Counted from the first letter of the stretch, positions 51,582-62,103 are shown. The stretch is DNA of 64,000 nucleotides from an uncultured Chloroflexia bacterium (GCA_963810095.1 CAWEMM010000006.1:960001-1024000), one strand, 5' to 3'. The notes: a model not told the origin generated them from the letters alone. A program made the numbers and translations.

Positions 51582-52842
51582 CATGTACGGCGAGAAGCAG
51601 TCTGCCCGCAGGCAGGCTGCTTCTCGCCCCCTATCCGAAACGCAGTTCAAGCAAATTGCGTACGTCCTCGCGCCGCAATTCGGCGTCACCATCGCCCGGC
51701 GGGCCGATCCCGGGCTGGGCGAGGGGGCGGTGGGCCGGCGGCCGTTGGTGCTGCTCGACGACGCGGGCAACGTGCTCGCCGCGGATGCCCGGGCGGCCGC
51801 GGCCGGGGTCGCGCCGGGCCAGTCGGAGCGGCAGGCCGTGGCGCGCTGCCCGCTGGCGCTGCTGCAGCCGGCCGTCCACTACCCGATTGCCGAGGCGCAG
51901 GCCGAGCTGTCCGAGCGAGTGGCGCGCTACGGCGCGCGTTGGCAGCCGGCCGGATTGGGGGCCGTCTACCTCGACACGACCGGGCTGCCCGGCAACATGC
52001 TCGAATGGTGCCAGGACCTGGCGAACGAAGTGCGCCACTTGGGCGTGTCGCTGTCGATCGGCCTGACCAACGGCAAGTTCAGCGCCAGCGCGGCCGGCCA
52101 GGCCGCGCCCCCGGCCCATGCGCTGATCCTCGACAACATCACGCAGCCGGCCTTCCTCTCCCGCCAGGCCGCGGCCCTGCTGCCCCTCGAGCCGGACGCG
52201 CTGCTCCAGCTGCAGCACCTGGGCATTCGTACGCTCGGGCAGTACGCCCGGCTGCCGCCCGCGGCCGTGCTGACGCGCTGGGGGCAGGCCGGCCGCACCG
52301 CGCAGCGGTGGGCGCAGGGCTACGACGACCGGCCCGTCATCCCGCCGGCGGAACGGGCGGAAGTCGGGGGACACATCGAGTTCGATGGGGTCCTGTTGGA
52401 TCGCGACATCCTGCTGGCCGCGCTCGTCCGCAAGGCGGAGAAGCTGCTAGGCCCCCTGCGTGATCAGCTGCAAGCCATCGGCTGGCTCCAGGTGGCCATC
52501 ACCCGCGGCGACCGGCGCACGGTCGAGGTCAAGCACACCTTCCCCATGCCCACGGCCGCACCGAGCAGCGTCAAGCTGGCGCTGGACCGGGTGCTGGGGC
52601 GGGTGGAGTGGAACAAAGAAGGCGCCACGGATACCACGCTGACCCTGGGCGACATCACCGACGCGCCCAGCCAGCAGTTGAGCCTGTTCGATGCACCGAC
52701 CCCGCGCGAGACGCTGACCGCAACGCTGGAGCAGCTGGTCGCCCGCTACGGCCGCGACTCGTTTTGCATGGCGGTGCTGGCCGAGCCGGACCACCCGCTG
52801 CCCGAGCGGCGGGTGAGCTGGCAGGGATTTGGGACAATGTGA
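51571..52842 (+). CDS. imuB: ImuB-like inactive Y-family polymerase
   Basis: A...GV.PG...QA...CP; LGIRTLG; clamp motif QLSLFD; catalytic SIDE motif replaced. Confidence 0.8.
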   Translation: MAYSMYGEKQSARRQAASRPLSETQFKQIAYVLAPQFGVTIARRADPGLGEGAVGRRPLVLLDDAGNVLAADARAAAAGVAPGQSERQAVARCPLALLQPAVHYPIAEAQAELSERVARYGARWQPAGLGAVYLDTTGLPGNMLEWCQDLANEVRHLGVSLSIGLTNGKFSASAAGQAAPPAHALILDNITQPAFLSRQAAALLPLEPDALLQLQHLGIRTLGQYARLPPAAVLTRWGQAGRTAQRWAQGYDDRPVIPPAERAEVGGHIEFDGVLLDRDILLAALVRKAEKLLGPLRDQLQAIGWLQVAITRGDRRTVEVKHTFPMPTAAPSSVKLALDRVLGRVEWNKEGATDTTLTLGDITDAPSQQLSLFDAPTPRETLTATLEQLVARYGRDSFCMAVLAEPDHPLPERRVSWQGFGTM

Positions 52843-53099
52843 CACGCCTTTGGCCGACCGGGGACCCGGTCCAGGTGACTATGACGGCTGACGGCGCGCC
52901 GGGCCAGTTCTTCTGGCACGGCCGCTGGCACGCGGTCGACGCGGTCGCCAACCGCTGGCGGGTGCGCTCGAGCTGGTGGCTGCCCGCGGCCGATGCGCAC
53001 CGTGAGTATTTCAAGCTGACGACGACGGACGGCCTGTTGTGCACGCTGTACCGGGACCTGCGCGACGATGCGTGGTACTGTATGCGGGTTTATGACTGA
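52839..53099 (+). CDS. Small DUF6504-like protein of the mutagenesis cassette
   Basis: P..F.W.GR.H.V......W.....WW.....R.YF......G....LYRD....W....YD. Confidence 0.7.
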   Translation: MTRLWPTGDPVQVTMTADGAPGQFFWHGRWHAVDAVANRWRVRSSWWLPAADAHREYFKLTTTDGLLCTLYRDLRDDAWYCMRVYD

Positions 53100-56000
53100 G
53101 CCTTATGTCGAGCTGCACTGTCATTCGCACTATTCGCTCCTCGACGCGCCCTCTTCGCCCGAGGCGCTGCTCGATCGGGCGGCTGCCCTGGGCCTTTCCA
53201 GCCTCGCGCTGACCGACCACGACGGCTTGTACGGCGCGGTCGAGTTCTGGCGCGCGGCCCGCAAGCGCGGCATCCACCCTCTCATCGGCGCGGAGCTGAC
53301 CCTGGCGCACGGCTCGCACCTCACCCTTCTGGCCGAAAACCAGCGCGGCTACGGTAACCTCAGCCGGCTCATCAGCATCGGCCAACTGGCCGGCAGCAAG
53401 GGCAGCCCGCATCTCACCATCGAAGACGTGGCGCGGCACGCGGAGGGGCTCTTGTGCCTGACCGGCTGCAGCCGGGGTGCAGTCGCGGCTGCGGTGCTGG
53501 CAGACGATAAGAACGCCGGCGCACGTGCAGTCCGGGCGGCCGGCAAGCTGGCCGACATCTTCGGCCGAGGGCGGGTGTGGGTCGAGCTGCAGCGGCACTG
53601 GCTGCCCGACGACGGCCGGCTCAACGCGGGGCTGCTCGAGGTGGCGCAGGCCGCGGGCCTGCCCCTGGTCGCAACCAACGACGTCCACTATGCGGTGGTC
53701 GAGGAGCACCGCCTGCGCGACATCCTCCTGGCGACGCAGGACCTGTGCACACTGACCGAACTGGCCGCCCGGCCCGGCACGCACAACTCGACCGAGTTCT
53801 GCCTGAAGAGCGCGGGGGAGATGGGCGTCCTGTTTGCCGACCTGCCCGGGGCGCTCGCCGCCACGCAGGCCATCGCCGAGCGCTGCCAGGTGTCGCTCGA
53901 CTTCTCCGGCCGCCGCACGCCCGCCTTCCCCCGCCAGGCGCCCGATTTCCCGGCCGGGATTCCCCCCAGCGAAACGGCTTTCAGCTACCTGTACGGGCTA
54001 TCCCACCAGGGGCTGCGCGACCACTTCCGGCCCGTCACCCCCCAAGCGGTGCGCCAGCTGGCCCACGAACTGAACGTGATCGAGGCGGTGGGGCTGGCCG
54101 ACTATTTCCTGATTGTCTGGGACATCGTGCGGCACGCCCGGGAAGAAGGCATCCGCTGCCAGGGCCGGGGCTCGGCTGCGAATTCGCTGGTCGCCTACGT
54201 GCTGGGCATCACGCCGGTCGACCCCCTGCGCCACAACCTCCTGTTCGAGCGCTTCCTCAGCGACCGCACCGACACCATGCCCGACATCGATATCGACTTC
54301 GGGTCGGACCGCCGGGACGAGGTGATCCGCTACGTCTACGAGCGCTATGGGACCGAGCATGCGGCGATGGTGTGCAACGTGGTCACGTACCAATGGCGGC
54401 TGGCGGTGCGCGACGTGGCGCGGGCGCTGGGTTTTTCGCCCGAGGACGTGAACCGGGTGGCCGCGGCGCTGCACGAGCGGTCGGATGTGCCGCTGTACGA
54501 TACGTCCGTCGCACTTACTCCCGAGCGGGCGAATGCATTGATGCATGACGACACCAAGTGGCACGCTAACCCCCTGATCGTTGGAAGCATCCTGAGCGGA
54601 ACACCTTGCCGCAGGAAGGTGTAAAGTCGAAGGATGCTCCTCGAGACCATCTCGACGAGCAGGCCGTGGCGGTGGTGGCCGAACTGGCCGGGCGGCTCAT
54701 CGACACCCCCCGCCATCTGTCGGTTCACTCTGGCGGCCTCCTGATCACCGCGCAGCCCCTGGTCGAGGTGGTGCCGCTGGAGCGGGCGACCAAAGCGGGC
54801 ATCGTCGTCACGCAGTGGAACAAGGACTCGGTCGAGGACGCGGGGCTGATCAAGATCGACCTGCTGTGCCTGCGCACGCTGGACCTGGTGAGCGAGGCGG
54901 AAGAGCTGATCACCCGTCGCACCGGGCAGAAGCCGCCGCTCGACGCGCTGACGCTGGACGACCCGGCGGTCTATCGCGCGCTCTCCGAAGGCGACACCAT
55001 CGGCGCGTTCCAGGTGGAAAGCCGGGCGCAGGCGCAGATGCTGCCCCGGCTCAAGCCCCGGCGCTTCGAAGACATCGTGATCCAGGTAGCCATCATCCGG
55101 CCCGGCCCCATCCAGGGCGGCATGATCCACCCCTACCTGCGCCGGCGCCGGGGCGAGGAACGGCCCACCTACCTGCACCCCAAGCTCGAACCCATTTTGA
55201 GTGAGACGCTCGGCGTGATCCTGTTCCAGGAGCAGGTGATCCGGGTGGCGATGGCGTTGGCGGGGTTCACGCCCGGCGAGGCGGACCTGCTGCGCCGGGC
55301 CATGAGCCGGGCGCGCTCGGCCCGGGCCATGGCCGAGCTGCGGGACCGGTTCATTGCGGGCGCGGAGGCGAACGGTGTGGCACGCACGGTGGCCGAGGAA
55401 GCGTTCAAGCAGCTTCAAGGCTTCGCCACGTACGGCTTCTGTAAGTCGCATGCGGCTGCGTTCGCGCTGGTGGCATACCAGACGCTGTGGCTGAAGCTCT
55501 ATTACCCGGCCGAGTTCTACTGCGCGCTGCTGAATCACCAGCCGATGGGATTCTACTCGCCCGAGGTGGTGGTGGGCGATGCGGAGCGCCACGGGGTGCG
55601 GGTGCTGCGGCCGGATGTAAACTTGAGCCTGGACGAATGCACTGTGCCTCCGCAGGCCAAAGAAATCCGTCTCGGCCTGCGCTACCTGCACGGCTTGGGC
55701 GAGGCGGGCAGCGAGCGGCTGCTGGCGGCACGGGATGACGGCTCCAAGTCCTTTGCCGGCCTGGTCGATTTCTGCCGCCGGACCCGGCTCCCGCGCACCC
55801 TCATTGCCGACCTGGTGCGTGCGGGTGCGCTCGACACCCTTTCGACCGACCGGCGGGGCCTGCTGTGGACACTGGGCGGGCTGCAGTACGAGGAAGAGGC
55901 CCTGATGGAAGCCCCCGACGAGGCGGCCGAGCTGCCCGCGCTGGGGGAACGCGAGGCGCTGGCGTGGGATTACGAGCTGCTGGGGCTGTCGCCGGGCGAC

Positions 56001-56327
56001 CACCCGATGCGGATGCTGCGCGCAAAGCTCAAGGCGAAGGGCGTGCTTTCCGCGGCCGACCTGGCGCGCCAACCCGCGGGGCGCATCGTGGCCATCGCGG
56101 GCCTGGTCGTCGTGCGCCAGGCGCCACCCACGGCAAAGGGACACCTGTTTATCACGCTGGAGGACGAGACGGGGCTGGCAAACCTGATCATCCGGCCCGA
56201 CCTGTATGAGAAGCGCCGCGAGCTGCTCCATGCTGCGACGTTCCTGGCCGTCAAGGGGCTGATGCAGCGGGATGGGACGTCGACGAGCGTGCTGGTGCGA
56301 GAGGTCCGGGAAATGGAGCGGGATTAA
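53092..56327 (+). CDS. dnaE2: Error-prone DNA polymerase DnaE2, frameshift near 54570-54620
   Basis: PHP ELHCHSHYSLLD, TDH; GRGSAANS; PDIDIDF; FQVESRAQ; YGFCKSHA; OB domain RQAPPTAKG. Confidence 0.92.
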
Positions 56328-56332
56328 AAACA

Positions 56333-56366
56333 CCGCAAGCCTTAGTTGGCAGACCAAGGCTTGCGG
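56333..56366. terminator. Hairpin between convergent dnaE2 and htrA
   Basis: CCGCAAGCCTT...AAGGCTTGCGG, with a T-run on the minus strand. Confidence 0.6.
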
Positions 56367-56438
56367 CAGAAGCAGGGTGTTGCTGGATTCGTCTTTATTG
56401 ATGCTGCCCCGCCCGGCGGAGCAGCATCATTGGGCTGT

Positions 56439-58694
56439 TTATTGGGCCGGGCGAGCGCCGAGCGTGACGGGCACGTCCTGGCGCTGGCCGCCGCGCAGCA
56501 CCGTCAAGGTCAGGGTATCGCCCACCTTCTTGGCCTGCACCGTGCTGACCAGTTCTTCCATCGTCGTGATGTTCTTGCCATCCGCTGCGACGATGATATC
56601 CGCATTCACCAACTGGTTCAGGTTCTGGCCGCCCTGGCCGAGATTAAGCCCGGCGCCCTTGATGCCGGCCTTCTCGGCCGGGCTGCCCGGCACGACGTTC
56701 ATCACGAGCACGCCGGTCTGGTTGCCGAGGCCCGCCATCTGGGCCATCTGCGCCGACACCGTCAGGCCGCTCACGCCGAGCCACGGGCCACCCACTGCCG
56801 GGGTGGTCGCGCCGCTGGACGAGCCGGCGTTGGGCGTGGTCTGGGTCTCAGGAGTCGCCTGAGTTTCCGGCGTGGCCTGAGTCTCCGGCGTCGCCGGCGT
56901 CGTCGAGCCGCCCTGGCCGCCCGCAGCACCGCCGCGGGTCGCCAGCGTCGCGTTCACGCTCTGTTCCTGCCCGTTGCGCAGGATCGTCAGGGCGAGCACG
57001 TCGCCGGCCTTTTTCGCCTGCACCGCTGCCACCAACTCCTCCACGGTGGTGATGGCCTTGCCATCGACCGCGGTGATGACGTCGCCGCCGATCATCAGTT
57101 GCTGACCGTTGACGTCGGTCGACTGGGTGCTGCCCTTGAGGCCCGCATTTTCAGCCGGGCTGCCAGGCACCACGTTGACAACCAACGCGCCTTGCTTGTT
57201 GCCCAGGTTCATCGCCTGCGCGATTTCCGGGGTCACGGTCATGCCCGTCACGCCGAGGTACACGCCGCCCGCACGCGGTGCGGTCTGGCCCTGGCCCTGT
57301 TGACCCTGGCCCTGTTGGCCTTGACCCTGCTGGCCCTGGCCCTGTTGGTTCTGAGCGGTCTCAGGGGCTTGCGCCGGCCGGGCCGCCAGGGTGACGGTGA
57401 CGCTCTGGACCTGGCCGTTGCGCAGGACCGTCAGGTTGACCTGGTCGCCGACCTTGGCCGTGCGGGCCAGGAACGTCGTGAGGTCTTCGAAATCGCGAAT
57501 CTGCTGGCCGTTGACGGCCGTGATCACGTCGCCGCCGATCTGGGCATCCAGGCCGTCGATCTGCGTGGTTTTGGTGCTGCCCTTCAGGCCGGCCTTCTCG
57601 GCCGGGCTGCCTGCGGTCACATCGACCACCAGGGCGCCGCGGGTCGTGGCGGGCAGGCCCATCGCCTCGGCCACCTGCGAGGTGAGCGTGCCGCCGCGGA
57701 TACCGACGTAAGGATGCTCGAACTTGCCCGACGCGATCAGCGCGGGAACGACCTTCTGGACGATCACGGAAGGAACCGCGAAGCCAATGCCTGCCGAAGC
57801 GCCCGACTGCGACTCAATAGCCGTCGGGATGCCGACGAGCCGGCCGTTCATATCGACGAGCACGCCGCCCGAGTTGCCGGGGTTGACCGGGGCATCGGTC
57901 TGGATGATGTCAGGGATCGTATAGGAACCGGTCTGCGAGAAGGTGTTGCCCACGGGCAGCGAGCGGCCCAGCGCGCTCACGATGCCGAAGGTCATGGTGC
58001 CTTCCAGGCCGTACGGGTTGCCGATGGCCACGACGAACTGGCCGGGCTTCACCTGCGTGGAGTCGGCCACGGTCACAGGGCGCAGATTCTCGACCTTGCT
58101 CGGGTCGATCTTGATGACGGCAACTTCGCTCTCAGGATCGCGGCCGACCAGCGTCGCGGGCAGCGTCAGACCGTCGGAGAAGGTCACCGAGATGCGGTTC
58201 GCGCCGTCGACGACATGGTTGTTGGTGATGATGTTGCCCTTGGTGTCCCAGACGAAACCGGAACCAAGCGCAGCCGCCTCAAACGCACCGCCGTTGCCGT
58301 TACCGTTACCCTGATCGCCAAAAGGCGAGCCCGGCAGGTTGGGCATCTGGCCCAGGTCGGGCAAGGCGTTCTGGCCGCCGGTGGCGCTCATCGTGACGTT
58401 GATGTTCACGACCGAGGGCGAAACCGCCGAGTACAGGTTTGACAGAACGTTCTGCAAATCGGTAATGCTCGCCGGGAGGTTGCCCGGGAGGGGCGCAGCT
58501 TGCTGCGTATTGGTCGTAGCAGGCTGCTGGTCCGACCCCTGGGTTGTCGGAGCGACGGGCGTGGCCTGCGCTTGCGCGACAGGAGCCGCGCCCCGGCTGA
58601 GACTGGCAAGGCCTGAGACGGCCGCAGGCACCGCCGCGCAGCCGCTGAGGCTCAGCACGACGAGGACCGAGATCACCAAGAAGAGTTTGCGCAT
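56439..58694 (-). CDS. HtrA/DegP-like serine protease lipoprotein with three PDZ domains
   Basis: Lipobox LSGC; TNNHVV; IQTDAPVNPGNSGG; three SPAE.AG..G...D.I.A.DG/NG PDZ units; GQQGQ and ETQATP linkers. Confidence 0.9.
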   Translation of the reverse strand: MRKLFLVISVLVVLSLSGCAAVPAAVSGLASLSRGAAPVAQAQATPVAPTTQGSDQQPATTNTQQAAPLPGNLPASITDLQNVLSNLYSAVSPSVVNINVTMSATGGQNALPDLGQMPNLPGSPFGDQGNGNGNGGAFEAAALGSGFVWDTKGNIITNNHVVDGANRISVTFSDGLTLPATLVGRDPESEVAVIKIDPSKVENLRPVTVADSTQVKPGQFVVAIGNPYGLEGTMTFGIVSALGRSLPVGNTFSQTGSYTIPDIIQTDAPVNPGNSGGVLVDMNGRLVGIPTAIESQSGASAGIGFAVPSVIVQKVVPALIASGKFEHPYVGIRGGTLTSQVAEAMGLPATTRGALVVDVTAGSPAEKAGLKGSTKTTQIDGLDAQIGGDVITAVNGQQIRDFEDLTTFLARTAKVGDQVNLTVLRNGQVQSVTVTLAARPAQAPETAQNQQGQGQQGQGQQGQGQQGQGQTAPRAGGVYLGVTGMTVTPEIAQAMNLGNKQGALVVNVVPGSPAENAGLKGSTQSTDVNGQQLMIGGDVITAVDGKAITTVEELVAAVQAKKAGDVLALTILRNGQEQSVNATLATRGGAAGGQGGSTTPATPETQATPETQATPETQTTPNAGSSSGATTPAVGGPWLGVSGLTVSAQMAQMAGLGNQTGVLVMNVVPGSPAEKAGIKGAGLNLGQGGQNLNQLVNADIIVAADGKNITTMEELVSTVQAKKVGDTLTLTVLRGGQRQDVPVTLGARPAQ

Positions 58695-59198
58695 GTTTCC
58701 TCCATTGATTCGCTACACACGATTAAGTCATCTCTCTGGCGGCGCCGGTTGTAGGGGTCACCCACCATCGCCACCGCTATAGAAACGCGATCCGCCATTC
58801 AAATGGCAGATAAAGACCCTAGACGGACCTGGCCATCCATTTGTGCCAAGTATAGGCCGGCGGCAGCCCAAGTGCTTTAACAGGTGGTAAGACGGGGGTA
58901 AGGGTTTGATTAATGATGCGCAAACTGGTGCGAGGGGGTGCAAGTGCTAGAATAGCGGCGGAGGTTGGGGGATCGTCGAGCTCCTGATGAAATGGCCCCT
59001 TAACGCGCGAGCACCAGGGCTGCCCTTACCCTGGTGCTCATCAAAAGGAGGAGAAGGAGAGAAATCTGTTTGCATCTCTCGATACGTATACTACTACAGG
59101 CCACCCGGAACTACTGGACGTTTTCCCCATGTAAAGGATACTTCTTTTTGACGCTATTACTACGCTAACTATACGCAAACCCTACGGAGAGGAACTCG

Positions 59199-59651
59199 AT
59201 GAGCGCAAGTGACGCACAAATTCCTGAAGTGTCTGAGCTGAACCCAGGAGATTATGACGAGGTGCTGGCCCTATGGGCACGGGCGGGGCTGCGAGCGCGA
59301 CCGGAAGGCCGCGATGCCCCCGCTGCTTTCCAACGCCAGGTCGAAGGCGGCCTGCAGCGCGCCATCGGCATCCGCGAGAATGGGGTGTTGGTGGCGGTGG
59401 CCGTGCTCACGCACGACGGCCGCAAGGGGTGGATCAACCGGCTGGCGGTCGATCCGGAATACCGGCGCCGGGGTTACGCCTCGGCCATCGTCGAGGAGGC
59501 CGAGCGTTGGTTCCGCGACGAGGTCGGCGTGGAGGTGTACTCGGCCCTGATCCATTCCCACAACGACCCCTCCCGCTCGCTGTTTGCCGAACTCGGCTAC
59601 GAGACGGTCGACGTGGTCTACGTGCGCAAGTTGGTGCGGCCGGACGCGTAA
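59199..59651 (+). CDS. GNAT family acetyltransferase
   Basis: HDGRKGWINRLAVDPEYRRRG. Confidence 0.88.
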   Translation: MSASDAQIPEVSELNPGDYDEVLALWARAGLRARPEGRDAPAAFQRQVEGGLQRAIGIRENGVLVAVAVLTHDGRKGWINRLAVDPEYRRRGYASAIVEEAERWFRDEVGVEVYSALIHSHNDPSRSLFAELGYETVDVVYVRKLVRPDA

Positions 59652-59771
59652 GGGCACGCTTGAAGGTGGGCCCCGCGTCCCATCGCATTCATCCGCAACT
59701 CTAGGGACCAGGCTGCGTAGAGTATGGTGAACCGGGCGAGCAAGCTGGCCCGTGAAGTAGAGGAGACAATC

Positions 59772-59969
59772 ATGGAAACCAAGAAACTTTATCGCAGCAA
59801 CACGGACAAGATGGTTGCGGGTGTGTGTGGGGGCCTGGGCCAGTATTTCGGCGTCGATCCCACCCTGATTCGCCTGATCTTTGCGCTGCTGGTCGTCTTC
59901 GGCGTCGGCTCCGGGATTTTGCTGTACATCATCCTGGCGATCGTGATGCCGTTGGAACCGCTTTCGTAG
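59772..59969 (+). CDS. pspC: PspC domain protein
   Basis: KKLYRS..DKMVAGVCGGLG.YFGVDPT..R. Confidence 0.9.
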   Translation: METKKLYRSNTDKMVAGVCGGLGQYFGVDPTLIRLIFALLVVFGVGSGILLYIILAIVMPLEPLS

Positions 59970-60054
59970 AGGCGACCGCGTTCGTACTTCGCCGATACGG
60001 GGTGGTGCGGGCGATCTGGAGATCGCCCGCACCGATAATTAGGGGGAGGGACCT

Positions 60055-60585
60055 ATGACTTCTTCTCAACGTTCTGCACTTACGGGCGGCCTCGTCTTGA
60101 TCTTGCTGGGTGTCCTGTTTCTCGCCGGCCAACTGCTGCCTAATGTCTGGTCGTGGGTGACCGGCGCCAGCTGGCCTCTGGTCGTTGTCGGCGTCGGCGT
60201 CGCGCTGTTGATTATTGGCGTGCTGGCAAATGCGCCCGGTATGGCCGTGCCCGCGTGCATCGTCGGCGGGATCGGGCTGCTCCTCTACTGGCAGAACAGC
60301 ACCGGCAACTGGGAGAGCTGGGCGTACGCCTGGGCGCTGATCCCCGGTTTCGTCGGCGTCGGCACCGTCACCATGGGCCTGTGGGAGGGCAAATGGGCCA
60401 CGGTGCGCGGCGGGCTGTGGCTGATGCTCATCAGCGCGATCATGTTCGTCGTGTTCGGCTCGCTGCTCGGCGGCCTGTTCGGGGGCAACCTGGCGATCGT
60501 CGGACAGTGGTGGCCGGTCGGGCTGATCCTGCTGGGGGTGCTCAGCCTCGTCGATTACGCAACTCGGCGCCGCACCGCGGCGTGA
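60055..60585 (+). CDS. LiaI/LiaF-like (DUF5668) membrane protein
   Basis: GLVLILLGVLFL, WPL..., WPVGLILLG TM pattern; lies in the pspC operon. Confidence 0.65.
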   Translation: MTSSQRSALTGGLVLILLGVLFLAGQLLPNVWSWVTGASWPLVVVGVGVALLIIGVLANAPGMAVPACIVGGIGLLLYWQNSTGNWESWAYAWALIPGFVGVGTVTMGLWEGKWATVRGGLWLMLISAIMFVVFGSLLGGLFGGNLAIVGQWWPVGLILLGVLSLVDYATRRRTAA

Positions 60586-60597
60586 GCGGAGGTCCTC

Positions 60598-61398
60598 ATG
60601 CGCAATACGTCGGTTTTCTGGGCGGTTGTCCTGATCCTGGTGGGCCTGCTGTTCCTGCTGAATAACTTCGGCCTGCTGCCCAACTTTGGCTTCAGCATCT
60701 GGAACCTGGTCTGGCCGATCTTCCTCATTGCGCTCGGCGTCTGGTTCGTGTCGCGCACCTTCGTGCGGCCTGCGCCTGCCGAGATGGAACCGGGGAGCAT
60801 TCCGCTCGAGGGCGCAAGCCAGGCCGAAATCGAGCTGGCGCACGGGGCAGGCGAGCTGCGGGTGTCAGGAGGCGCCGGGGCCGGCGTGCTGGCCGAGGGC
60901 GTGTTCGGCGGCGGGCTGCGCTACGAGGCGAAGCACAAGGGCGATCTCCTGGACGTCGAAATGAAAATGCGCGTCGAGCCGGTGACGTTCCTCAACTGGG
61001 CGCCGGGCGGCTATGACTGGGATGTGCGGCTCAATCCGGACGTGCCCATCGAGTTGAAATGCGCGACGGGCGCGAGCCACAGCGTGCTGGACCTGCGCGA
61101 CCTGAGGGTGACCGGCTTGAAGCTGGAAACGGGCGCCAGCGCGACCGAAGTGACCTTGCCCGCGAACGCCGGACTGACCCGTGTGAAGGTGCAGGCCGGC
61201 GCCGCACGGGTGGACCTGCGCGTTCCCGGTGGGGTGGCGGCCCGCATCAAGACAAGCGGCGCGCTGGCGTCGATGGCCGTGGATGAGACGCGGTTTCCGG
61301 GGTTCGATAATCGTTACCAGTCGCCCGATTTCGACAGCGCGGCGAACCGGGTCGAGATCGAAGTGGAGACGGGCGTGGGGGCGGTGACGGTGAGTTGA
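60598..61398 (+). CDS. LiaF-like protein with toast-rack beta domain
   Basis: N-terminal TM pair plus repeated GAGEL/GAS..LDL/GVG beta motifs. Confidence 0.7.
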   Translation: MRNTSVFWAVVLILVGLLFLLNNFGLLPNFGFSIWNLVWPIFLIALGVWFVSRTFVRPAPAEMEPGSIPLEGASQAEIELAHGAGELRVSGGAGAGVLAEGVFGGGLRYEAKHKGDLLDVEMKMRVEPVTFLNWAPGGYDWDVRLNPDVPIELKCATGASHSVLDLRDLRVTGLKLETGASATEVTLPANAGLTRVKVQAGAARVDLRVPGGVAARIKTSGALASMAVDETRFPGFDNRYQSPDFDSAANRVEIEVETGVGAVTVS

Positions 61399-61428
61399 GC
61401 CGGTCGCGTTATCAACTAATAAACGCGT

Positions 61429-61489
61429 AAGAACCGAAGGTCCACGAAGAAGCTTTGTGGACCTTCGGTTCTTTGTTTCCTCGTGGTTG
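61429..61489. repeat. Palindrome (AAGAACCGAAG family) between convergent genes
   Basis: AAGAACCGAAGGTCCACGAAG-aag-CTTTGTGGACCTTCGGTTCTT. Confidence 0.7.
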
Positions 61490-61497
61490 GAGGGTTC

Positions 61498-62095
61498 TCA
61501 CCTGTACAGGCGCTTTTCTGCGATGTACGCCGACGACGGGGTCAGGAACCATGTATCTGATACTGCGCCCGGTGCGAACCCGCTCGCGCAAGTCGCGGGA
61601 GGCAATCTCCAGTTCGGGCATATCCAGCAGCCTGACCCGCTCGCGGACGCCCGGCAGCTGTGCCTCCAGCGCGTCCCACTCGATGGGCACGTCGGGCCGG
61701 GTTAGCGCGACGAGTTGTGCGGTACGAATAAGCTGCGCCGGCTCCCGCCACTTCGGTAGGTCGGCCAGGCTGTCAAAGCCCATCAGGAAGAAAAGCTCGC
61801 TGCCCGGCGGAAGCTGCGCGGCGACGATCTTCACCAGGTCGATGGTGTAGTGGGGACCGGGCCGATCGACGTCGCCCCGGGAAAGCTCGAAATGAGGATT
61901 GCCGCAGATCGCCAGCTCGGTCATCTGCACGCGGTCGGCTGTATTCGTCACGTCCTGGCCCGCCTTCAGCGGCTGCTGCCCGGCCGGGGCAAAAAGCACC
62001 TTGTCGAGCTGCAGCTGGTCGCGGGCTTCTTCGGCGAGGATCAAGTGTCCGATGTGAGGCGGGTCGAAGCTGCCCCCTAACAGGCCAACGCGCAC
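61498..62095 (-). CDS. nadD: Nicotinate-nucleotide adenylyltransferase, C-terminal frameshift
   Basis: GGSFDPPHIGH, YTID, MGFDS, IASRDLR; the true end AYIAEKRLYR* is in a shifted frame. Confidence 0.93.
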
Positions 62096-62103
62096 GGCGG
62101 CCC

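Noticed and set aside
56820-57350. Short tandem repeats as a possible CRISPR array
   Set aside because: They are in-frame low-complexity linkers (ETQATP, GQQGQ) of HtrA, with no unique spacers and no cas genes.
2929-62095. Numerous frameshifted genes read as pseudogenes or programmed frameshifts
   Set aside because: Single-base shifts also hit housekeeping genes (pnp, nadD, rlmD), with no in-frame stops or other decay. Sequencing indel error is the simplest explanation.
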